From the NCBI GenBank assembly GCA_963666985.2, contig CAXXIA010000001.1, positions 224,001 through 288,000 of the forward strand: DNA of 64,000 nt, in the 5' to 3' direction. This document shows positions 56,484 to 64,000 of this stretch, piece after piece. Source of the DNA: Spirochaetia bacterium. GTDB taxonomy: Bacteria; Spirochaetota; Spirochaetia; DSM-2461. The translations under genes and the position numbers were made by a program. Positions within the stretch are counted from its first letter, which is position 1. Each line of letters begins with the position of its first letter. A model generated the notes under the pieces. The model was given only the letters and a program-made list of their open reading frames with translations, was not told the origin of the DNA and made no database searches.

Positions 56484-57752
56484 GTGTTCATGAAAATTCT
56501 CCATTTGGAAATGAGTCGTTTTTTCAGCAGAGTCATTCAAAGTGTGGCGGTTTCGGAATGTTTTGAATATAGAAACGAGCGGTCCATTGAGGATGGAATC
56601 GCGGCACTCGGCGAATGGGATTTTGATCTTATCATCACGGCTCATATTCTTGCGGACGGACGGGCCGAAGATTTTTTAAGAAAGCTGGCGGAATCGAAAA
56701 AGCACAAGGATCTTCCCGTTATCGTGGTCTCTTCGGACGATTCCATCGAATATCGAGAGACATTCTTTCGATTGGGAGTTGTGGATTATCTGCAGAAGAG
56801 CGATCTCGTACCGGAAAAAATCAGTCAGTACTTCAAGATTATTGCCCGAAACAGCGAGCTCCTTGAGGAATTGAAGAATTTTAAAATAGCGGTTCTTGAC
56901 GACAGTAATTTCAGCTTAACGGTTATCAGAAATCTTTTTCGTTATTTTGGCTTAGAGAATACGTCTTACTTCAATTCTCCGAGGGCCATGCTCGATTCCG
57001 GAGAATACGATTTATACATCATCGATATGGTTATGCCCGAAATGTCCGGTGACGAATTGATTCTCGCCATTCGAAAATTGGGGAATTCGAGGGGAATCAT
57101 CGTTGTTTCGGGGGTTTCGAATCGATTGTCCATAGCACATGCCCTTACCGTCGGCGCGGATGATTTTATAACCAAACCTTTCGACGGCCGTGATTTCATG
57201 GCTCGAGTGAAGGGTGTTGTAAGAAATATGGTTCTTATGCGGGAATTGGAGGAAAAAAGCAGGCTGATGGAAGAAGCGTCTCTCAGGGACAGCCTGACGA
57301 ATTTGTGGAATCATGGTCATATTCATTTCATACTCGATTCGCATGTTCCTTCCGATGAAGCGAAATTATTGGCGGCGCTTCTCTTTGATTTGGATAATTT
57401 TAAGTCGATCAACGACCGTTTTGGTCATCCCGTCGGAGATAAGGTCCTCCTGGCGGCTACGAGAATTTTGTTGTCCGTCGTTGGTAAGAAAGGAGATGTG
57501 GGACGTTACGGCGGTGAGGAATTTCTCGTTATTCTTCCTTGTATCGGGTCCGAAGAAGGACGAAAAGTGGCGGAGGAAATACTGGAGAATTTTCGTAAGG
57601 AACAATTCGATATTCCCGAATTGAAGATGACCGCGAGCTGCGGAATGGCTCTGTATTCGGAAGTCGATAACGCCGAAGACTTGGTTGAGAAGGCGGACGA
57701 GCGGCTCTATAAAGCTAAAAAAACAGGCAAGGACCGGGTTGTCGACGCATAA
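56484..57752 (+). CDS. REC-REC-GGEEF diguanylate cyclase
   Basis: Two receiver folds; DSLTNLWN; DLDNFK.IND..GH; RYGGEEF. Confidence 0.88.
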   Translation: MFMKILHLEMSRFFSRVIQSVAVSECFEYRNERSIEDGIAALGEWDFDLIITAHILADGRAEDFLRKLAESKKHKDLPVIVVSSDDSIEYRETFFRLGVVDYLQKSDLVPEKISQYFKIIARNSELLEELKNFKIAVLDDSNFSLTVIRNLFRYFGLENTSYFNSPRAMLDSGEYDLYIIDMVMPEMSGDELILAIRKLGNSRGIIVVSGVSNRLSIAHALTVGADDFITKPFDGRDFMARVKGVVRNMVLMRELEEKSRLMEEASLRDSLTNLWNHGHIHFILDSHVPSDEAKLLAALLFDLDNFKSINDRFGHPVGDKVLLAATRILLSVVGKKGDVGRYGGEEFLVILPCIGSEEGRKVAEEILENFRKEQFDIPELKMTASCGMALYSEVDNAEDLVEKADERLYKAKKTGKDRVVDA

Positions 57753-57807
57753 GATTTGTCCTGAAGTGTTCTTGCCCGTCGATTCTTATGAGGCTATCAT
57801 CTGGCCC

Positions 57808-59373
57808 ATGTCGGGAACTATTCTGCCGGATGATTTAAATGGATATGCGGTTCATCTTATCGGTGTTAAAGGAACGGGAATGTGCGCTTTGGCCGAGTTC
57901 CTTACGGCGGCCGGAGCCGAAGTCTCCGGCTCCGATGTTGAAGAAGAATTCTATACGGATGTCATTCTCGCCGAACTGGGTGTGCCCGTTGTTTCCTTTA
58001 AAAAAGGTGTTCTTTCTCCCGAAACGCGACTGTGCGTCCGTTCCGCGGCATATGACGAATCGAATCCCGTTGTATCCGAAGCGATTGAGCGGGGCTTGCC
58101 GATTGCAACATATCCTGAGGTTTTGGGAGATCTTTCGAAACGCTGTGATTCTTCGGCGGTGGCGGGAGTTCACGGGAAAACGACGACGACCGCTCTGACG
58201 GGAACCCTGCTGCGGTCACTCAATTTGCCCGCGAAGGTGATCGTCGGCAGTGCCGTTTCCGGTTTCGGCGGCCGCTCGTTCTGGAGCGGCGGTGATGATT
58301 ATTTAGTGGCGGAAACCTGCGAATACCGGCGGCATTTTCTGAATTTTCGTCCGCGCCGCATTGTGTTGACCAGCGTGGAAAGCGATCATCAGGATTTTTA
58401 TCCCGATTACAATTCCATCAGAGATGCTTTTATTGATTTTGTTTTATCGCTGCCCGAAGGCGGGGAGCTGATTTATTGCAGCGATGATAAAGGTGCTTGT
58501 GAGGTTGCGGAGTTTGTTGAAGGAAAAAGATCCGATATCCGCTTTATTCCTTATGGTGAAAGCGCTTCCGGGCCGTGGAAAGTAACGTATGAGCCTCCGA
58601 AGGCGGGACGGAACGGATTCGGAGTGGACGGCTATGAGGGGATTTTCGAATTGGCTGTTCCCGGGAAGCATCTCGCTCTGGATGCGGCGGCGGCTTTGGC
58701 TTTGGCCGAATCGATTCGGATCGATTTTGAAGGCCGTCAAATCGAGGCGAATGCAGGCGATGCGGATCGTATGGACTTCAGTTCCGAAGCCGCAGACGGC
58801 GCTATAGAAAAAAAGTTCGAAGATGATGCGGATACTAATGATGTCAATCGGAAAAAACGGTTTCAACTGATCGTCGAAGCATTCGCGGGATTTCGGGGCA
58901 GCAGGCGGCGGAGTGAAATTATCGGCGATGCCGGCGGTGTGCTGGTAATGGATGATTACGCTCATCATCCCACCGCCGTTTCTGCGACTCTGGCGGGTTT
59001 GAAGGCCTTTCATCCGGATCGGCGTCTTATCGTGGATTTCATGCCCCATACATACAGCAGAACCGCGGCCCTTTTAGATGATTTTATATCTTGTTTCGAC
59101 GATGCCGACATTCTGGTTCTGCATCCGATTTACGCATCGGCAAGAGAAGCTTACGGCGGCGGTATTACCGGTAAGGATCTTTTCGAGAGCACAAAAAAAC
59201 GCAGAGGGGAGAAAACGACCGTGTATTGCGAAACACTGGATGAGGCCGAGGTGTTTTGTAGCTCCCGGCTGCGTTCGGGCGATCTTTTCTTAACGCTGGG
59301 AGCCGGAAACAATCGGCCTTTGGGCCGCCGTATTCTGGATGCACTGCGGCAAAAACAAGGTGGAAACTTATGA
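57808..59373 (+). CDS. murC: UDP-N-acetylmuramate--L-alanine ligase
   Basis: HLIGVKGTGM, AGVHGKTTTT, ETCEY, DDYAHHPT, PHTYSRT, LTLGAG. Confidence 0.95.
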   Translation: MSGTILPDDLNGYAVHLIGVKGTGMCALAEFLTAAGAEVSGSDVEEEFYTDVILAELGVPVVSFKKGVLSPETRLCVRSAAYDESNPVVSEAIERGLPIATYPEVLGDLSKRCDSSAVAGVHGKTTTTALTGTLLRSLNLPAKVIVGSAVSGFGGRSFWSGGDDYLVAETCEYRRHFLNFRPRRIVLTSVESDHQDFYPDYNSIRDAFIDFVLSLPEGGELIYCSDDKGACEVAEFVEGKRSDIRFIPYGESASGPWKVTYEPPKAGRNGFGVDGYEGIFELAVPGKHLALDAAAALALAESIRIDFEGRQIEANAGDADRMDFSSEAADGAIEKKFEDDADTNDVNRKKRFQLIVEAFAGFRGSRRRSEIIGDAGGVLVMDDYAHHPTAVSATLAGLKAFHPDRRLIVDFMPHTYSRTAALLDDFISCFDDADILVLHPIYASAREAYGGGITGKDLFESTKKRRGEKTTVYCETLDEAEVFCSSRLRSGDLFLTLGAGNNRPLGRRILDALRQKQGGNL

Positions 59374-60239
59374 TGAACAGTATGACCGGTTTCGGGAGCG
59401 CCGAAGGGGATGGAGCCGGGGTGCATTTCGCGGTGGAAATGAAGTCCCTGAATACACGATATTTGGATTTGATTATTTCTCTGCCTTCCTCCCTGACAAG
59501 TTTGGAAGGGCGCGTTCGGGAAGTTCTGCAGCGCATCTTTTCCCGCGGAAGGATTGAAGTGAATGTTCGCGCCCGTGATATCGAAGAACAGCTTTCCGTC
59601 GCGGTGGATGCCGAGGCTGCTGCGGCGTGGAAGGGCGCTTTGGAAGAACTGGCCGGAATCCTGGACGGAACTCAGGGTGTTACTCTGGATATGCTGATGA
59701 AACAGGAAGGTGTTCTCAAAGTAGAGCGGGTACGGGACACCGAAGCTTATTGGAAGGTTTTGGAGCCGCTTTTACTTTTTACCGGCGAACAGGTGAACGC
59801 GGACCGTGCGCGGGAAGGCGCGGAATTGGCTCTGGATATTGAATCGCAGCTGCAAGCAATGGAGCGCAGCCTCTCTTTCGTAGCCGATTCGGCTCCCGAG
59901 ATGAGGCGGGAAATAGAAGAATCGTTTAAATCGAGGTTTGCCGAGATTCTCGGAGACGATGTGGGCGAACAGCGCATCCTTCTGGAAACCGCGGCGTGGA
60001 TTGCCAAGACGGATATTAACGAGGAAATAGTCAGACTTGAAACGCATATCGGTGCGTTTCGAGATGAGGTGTCCTCGGAAGGTTCCAAGGGAAAGAAACT
60101 TGATTTTCTTGCTCAGGAAATGGGACGGGAGATTAATACGATAGGCTCCAAGAGTCCCAGAGCTGATATCAGCCGGGAAGTCGTGGCCATGAAAGATGCC
60201 TTGGAAAAGGTGAGGGAGCAGCTCCGTAATGTCGAATAA
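59370..60239 (+). CDS. yicC: YicC/YloC family endoribonuclease
   Basis: SMTGFG, SLNTRYLD, GKKLDFLAQEMGREINTIGSK, REQLRNVE. Confidence 0.92.
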   Translation: MMNSMTGFGSAEGDGAGVHFAVEMKSLNTRYLDLIISLPSSLTSLEGRVREVLQRIFSRGRIEVNVRARDIEEQLSVAVDAEAAAAWKGALEELAGILDGTQGVTLDMLMKQEGVLKVERVRDTEAYWKVLEPLLLFTGEQVNADRAREGAELALDIESQLQAMERSLSFVADSAPEMRREIEESFKSRFAEILGDDVGEQRILLETAAWIAKTDINEEIVRLETHIGAFRDEVSSEGSKGKKLDFLAQEMGREINTIGSKSPRADISREVVAMKDALEKVREQLRNVE

Positions 60240-60804
60240 TCTCAAAACACGCCGCAGCGGCGCTGACGGGATACGCATCGCCATTTCCGGCAAGAGCGGA
60301 TGCGGGAATACCACGGTGAGCCGTATGCTGGCCGAACGTCTGGGCCTTAATTTCGTGAATTATACCTTCCGCAGCATTGCCGAGGAGGATGGAATCCCCT
60401 TTGAGGATGTATGCCGTCGGGCCGAGATGTCCGATGATGATGATTTGAGGGTGGATCGGGTTCAGGTGGAATTGGCACGCAGGGAGCCCTGTGTTCTGGG
60501 ATCACGATTGGCCGTCTGGATGCTGAAAGAGGCCGATTTGAAGGTTTTTCTTTCGGGTTCTCTTGAAAACCGGTCCGCTCGTATTACCAATCGGGAGGGC
60601 GGCTCCCATGAAGATCAGCTGGCCGCCACGAAAGCGCGGGACAAACGGGATCACGACAGATACGAAAGACTCTATGAAATCGATAATGATGATTTTTCAC
60701 TGGTTGATTTGGTGGTGAATACCGACAGGCTGGACGCCCAGCAGGTAACGGCAATCATCGAGGCGGCGGCACGAAGCGTGATGGAGAAAACGGACGGCGG
60801 CTGA
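60229..60804 (+). CDS. cmk: Cytidylate kinase (archaeal/spirochaete type)
   Basis: ISGKSGCGNTT P-loop, SRLA.W....ADLKV.L, RI..REG, RY..LY.ID. Confidence 0.85.
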   Translation: MSNNLKTRRSGADGIRIAISGKSGCGNTTVSRMLAERLGLNFVNYTFRSIAEEDGIPFEDVCRRAEMSDDDDLRVDRVQVELARREPCVLGSRLAVWMLKEADLKVFLSGSLENRSARITNREGGSHEDQLAATKARDKRDHDRYERLYEIDNDDFSLVDLVVNTDRLDAQQVTAIIEAAARSVMEKTDGG

Positions 60805-60878
60805 TTTCTCAGGCTAACGTATGAGCGTCCATATTCCGCTATTTCATCAATCCCGATCGGCGGCGTTGAAAACGATGA

Positions 60879-61544
60879 TCAGTCGGCCAATTCCCATCCG
60901 CGGGCGGCCGCACGGTAGAGATCGCCGGAGGTTATCCTTCCTTCGGGTGTCGGGCCCAAGGACTGAATGCGCATCCCTGAATTTAAAGATCGGTCCGATG
61001 GATTCGGCGGATACATTTGGGCGAAGATAATGCCGCTGATGTAGTCGAAATGAACATATTTGACAAGTCCGTCCTCGTCCACCGATACGGCCATTCCGAT
61101 ATGGGTGAGTTCGTCGTCCGCGACTCCGTTCCCGTTCTTATCATAAGAGTTGTCCCAGAAGAGAATATCGCCGGGAGCCGGTTCCTCGGGGCGATAAAGG
61201 AGTTCTTCGTCTTCCATACATTGATAGATTCTGGCGACTCCGTTCCCGGTGTAGCGCGGATAACAGGACTGGAGGTCGATACCGGCGCGCCAGTAGAGGG
61301 CCGATATAACACCGCTGCAGTCCATTTTGAATTTTTTTCCGTTGTTTGAGACATTCGAACGTCCTTCGGCCCAATGAGCCGCGTCAATCAGTGCCTCTTG
61401 GGTTGATGTTATGCCGAGGGCTTTTTCCGCGCGTTTATCGGAGGATTCGGAGGATTCCTGATACGTGGCGCAGGAAGATATGATCATTAAGAAAGCCGCG
61501 GCGGCGAGAAGGGCCTTGTTCGCTTTCTTCGACCGTTCATTCAT
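60879..61544 (-). CDS. NlpC/P60 family lipoprotein
   Basis: Lipobox-like ISSC; DCSG, PAPGDILFW, THIGM. Confidence 0.8.
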   Translation of the reverse strand: MNERSKKANKALLAAAAFLMIISSCATYQESSESSDKRAEKALGITSTQEALIDAAHWAEGRSNVSNNGKKFKMDCSGVISALYWRAGIDLQSCYPRYTGNGVARIYQCMEDEELLYRPEEPAPGDILFWDNSYDKNGNGVADDELTHIGMAVSVDEDGLVKYVHFDYISGIIFAQMYPPNPSDRSLNSGMRIQSLGPTPEGRITSGDLYRAAARGWELAD

Positions 61545-61596
61545 ATTGAAACAGTAGCGCCTGAATCATCCGATCGCAATATAATGGAACATAATA

Positions 61597-61926
61597 ATGG
61601 GACATGATTATTTCGAGAGAAGAATCCTTGATGCTTTAAGATTCGCCGCGCCGGAAATTCTTCAGACGCGCCTTTCCTCCATGGCGGATCGGGATTTGGC
61701 CGTTGCCCTGGATGTTTTGGTTCCGGAAGACAGAGCTGCCGTTCTTTCCCGGCTGCCGGCGGCGAAGGCTGCTCGCGTCGGAGAGGAGCGGGACTATATG
61801 CAACGTCTATTCGTAAGCGATTCTCATCGTCGGATTATGGCCGAACGGCTGGCCGATGTGATGGAAGGTAAAGGGTCGAGAAGGGGCGGAACGTGGATTG
61901 CTCCCGGCGAAGGGCGGGGATCGTAA
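61597..61926 (+). CDS. Stand-alone FliG C-terminal-like protein
   Basis: LSSMADRDLAVAL....EDRAAVLSRLP..KAARV.EE resembles the FliG C-terminal helices. Confidence 0.55.
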   Translation: MGHDYFERRILDALRFAAPEILQTRLSSMADRDLAVALDVLVPEDRAAVLSRLPAAKAARVGEERDYMQRLFVSDSHRRIMAERLADVMEGKGSRRGGTWIAPGEGRGS

Positions 61927-61986
61927 GATTCTCCCGGTATCGTCACGAGCTCTCGCGGAGTTCCGGTTGAAATCCATATATATGAC

Positions 61987-62022
61987 CGCTGCCGCGGATG
62001 AACCGGTGCGGCAGTGATTTTA
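61987..62022 (+). terminator. Probable intrinsic terminator
   Basis: CGCTGCCGC / GCGGCAGTG stem followed by ATTTT. Confidence 0.5.
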
Positions 62023-62102
62023 AATTATTCCTTATATAAGCCGAAAACACGGAACGATTTGCATCATAGCCGCTCCATCACCTCTTCGTTATACTTCCCG
62101 AC

Positions 62103-63071
62103 ATGCAGAACATCCTTTTCGGTCTCGTTACGGTAGGACCTATTTTTCTCATCATAGCCATCGGTGTTATCGTCAGGCGGGTCGGACTCGTCGATGCCGA
62201 TCTGGCGGGCCGATTGTCACGGCTTGTTTTTTATCTGTACCTTCCGGCGCTTATCCTCAAAACGATGATAGGAACGGATTTCATCGCTTTAATGTCCTGG
62301 AGGATTTTCGCGGCGACCTTGGGAACCCTTTTGGTCGGCTTTTTTCTGGCCTGGGCTGCGGCATGGGCGGCGGGGGCCGACCGTGATACGCGGGCTTTCT
62401 TTTCTTCAGGTTCCACATGGGGCAACGTGGCGATTATCGGTTTTGCGCTTGGCGAAGCGCTTTACGGAGAAGAAGGATTGGCACGGGCGGCAATTTATGC
62501 GGCGCTGGTTCTTCCCATGCATCTGATTATCGGGATTTTAGCCTTGGAAAAGCGTTCGTCCGAGACGAAAAGAGATATGTCCGGTGAGAAAGCGCCGAAT
62601 GCGGCAATAGTGTTTCTCCGGCGTTTGGTTCGGAATCCCATTATCCTGGCCGCGGTCGGCGGATTCGCCTTAAGTTTTTTATCCTCCGGCATTCCCTCGA
62701 TAGCCATGGATATCCTGGATCTTTTGGGACGGGCCAGTCTTCCTCTGGCTCTGGTTTCCATCGGCGCCAGTCTTGAAATCACAAAGGATACAAGGGGATT
62801 GGCCGAACCTCTGGGAGCGGTATGCGTGAAACTTATCCTCATGCCTCTAACGGCTTTGGCTTTTACGAAACTTCTCGGCATGAGTGATGAATGGGTTGGA
62901 ACGCTTGTTATCGGATTTTCCTGCCCGACGGCGATTGCTTTTTTCGTTGTTTCACGCGGTCTCGGACACGATGCGTCCCGCGGTGCGGCCATTGTAACGG
63001 CCACGACTTTGGGATCGGCGTTTACGGCGGGAATTGCCGCGGTGCTTTTGAGAAGCTTCGGACTGGCTTAG
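62103..63071 (+). CDS. AEC (auxin efflux carrier) family transporter
   Basis: PIFLII..G, LVFYLYLPALI, GN...IG, NPII, PLALVSIG, KLILMP, PTA. Confidence 0.88.
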   Translation: MQNILFGLVTVGPIFLIIAIGVIVRRVGLVDADLAGRLSRLVFYLYLPALILKTMIGTDFIALMSWRIFAATLGTLLVGFFLAWAAAWAAGADRDTRAFFSSGSTWGNVAIIGFALGEALYGEEGLARAAIYAALVLPMHLIIGILALEKRSSETKRDMSGEKAPNAAIVFLRRLVRNPIILAAVGGFALSFLSSGIPSIAMDILDLLGRASLPLALVSIGASLEITKDTRGLAEPLGAVCVKLILMPLTALAFTKLLGMSDEWVGTLVIGFSCPTAIAFFVVSRGLGHDASRGAAIVTATTLGSAFTAGIAAVLLRSFGLA

Positions 63072-63184
63072 GATAGGCAATTGCGGTCGATTCGAAAAAC
63101 TGCCGTTCTGCGGACGCTTAAGATAAGGTACGGTTCGGCCGCTGAGTACCGGGACGCCGGTTGGATCTTGGGTATAATTCTGTT

Positions 63185-64000
63185 ATGAAGCGCTTTCGTT
63201 CTTCCGGATTTTTTCTTTTTGGGGATTCGTCCGGAATGTTCCCGGCCGCAGCGATTGCGGCGGGGCTCGCCGCTGCCGTCCTTTCCTTGGTACCGGGGCC
63301 GTTATTCGCACAAGATGGCATTGTCTTTGATGCGGTACCGCCGGGAGAACGATGGACAGTTACAACGCGCTGGGACTATAGGATTCGTATCGACGGACGG
63401 TATAAAGGCCATGCCGACAGGGAATTTCGCGAAGTATACTTCCGTTCTGAAGAAGTTCCGGGCGGATGGAGGATTAATGGCGAAGTTCGTGTCCTTGGTA
63501 ATGCGAAGAAGGATGGATTACCGATTGCGGCTCGTCTTGACGATCGGGAAAACATTGATTTCGTTCTTACGGACAACGGTTCCGTTATCGAAGCGGATAA
63601 CGGATATCCTTGGCTCAGAGGGTTCCCGACTTTCCCGGACAAAGAACTGGAAGAAGGGGATGAATGGGAAGCTCCTTTGGATATTCTTGTAATCGGCCCC
63701 GAAGGAGAAAAAGCCGTTCTGCCTCAAACGGCCTCCTACCGATTCATGGGAAGAGGTTCCCACATGGGGAAGGATGCTTATTTTATCGAAGCCCAATGGG
63801 CCGTTCGGTATCGGGGGGGAAATCCTGAAATCAACGAATTTCTTGAAGAACTTGAGGGTTCCCATAGGGTGAACCTTATCCTCGATGCGCGGACCCGCTC
63901 CCCCGTAATGGCTCGTGATCTTTTAAGTGAAACTTGGCACTGGGCTGATTCGCGTGTGGAGGAACGCGAAGGATTCGCGCTGATTTTTTGGGATGGTGTA
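63185..64000 (+). CDS. Exported protein, probably a spirochaete OmpA-family protein (3' truncated; absent from ORF track)
   Basis: Frame open from ATG 63185 to window end; signal peptide ending PLFA-Q; YPWLRGFPTFP....GDEWEA recalled from spirochaete OmpA N-terminal regions; the OmpA domain itself is not in the window. Confidence 0.55.
   Translation, partial: MKRFRSSGFFLFGDSSGMFPAAAIAAGLAAAVLSLVPGPLFAQDGIVFDAVPPGERWTVTTRWDYRIRIDGRYKGHADREFREVYFRSEEVPGGWRINGEVRVLGNAKKDGLPIAARLDDRENIDFVLTDNGSVIEADNGYPWLRGFPTFPDKELEEGDEWEAPLDILVIGPEGEKAVLPQTASYRFMGRGSHMGKDAYFIEAQWAVRYRGGNPEINEFLEELEGSHRVNLILDARTRSPVMARDLLSETWHWADSRVEEREGFALIFWDGV

Noticed and set aside
1..64000. CRISPR arrays, rRNA/tRNA genes, selenocysteine read-through
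   Set aside because: No spaced repeats or RNA gene signatures noticed; the redox enzymes look full length without internal TGA

Overview
Bacterial chromosome segment, most likely from a free-living spirochaete (inferred from the murC-yicC-cmk order, CheX and a spirochaete-type OmpA-like ORF). Backbone genes lie at 1-2.3 kb and 42-64 kb. Between them is a ~39 kb anaerobic catabolic island (~2.7-41.8 kb) in two blocks. Block A (2.7-32 kb) is a LacI-type regulon: a TRAP transporter, a FucI/AraA-like isomerase, two Fe-S flavoenzymes (OYE/enoate-reductase family), two AOR-family W/Mo oxidoreductases each with a ferredoxin subunit, three MmgE/PrpD proteins, two SDRs, PrpF, LeuCD-like hydratase, an ICL-family lyase, an MBL lactonase, an ABM protein and an FdhD homologue. 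Its four promoters share a 20-bp -35 box and a 27-bp operator. Block B (32.8-41.8 kb) is visibly more AT-rich and is driven by a PrpR-like sigma54 activator. It has a second TRAP system, LeuCD and lactonase, plus two internally deleted pseudogenes. The island looks like an undescribed CoA-independent fermentation pathway for a cyclic or lactone-type acid; the substrate cannot be read from sequence. The backbone also has an apparent Lnt-GH13 alpha-glucosidase fusion and a dCache-HPt-HATPase kinase with CheX/CheY beside c-di-GMP enzymes. No rRNA, tRNA, CRISPR array or mobile element was recognised. All family calls come from motif recognition by eye, without database searches.
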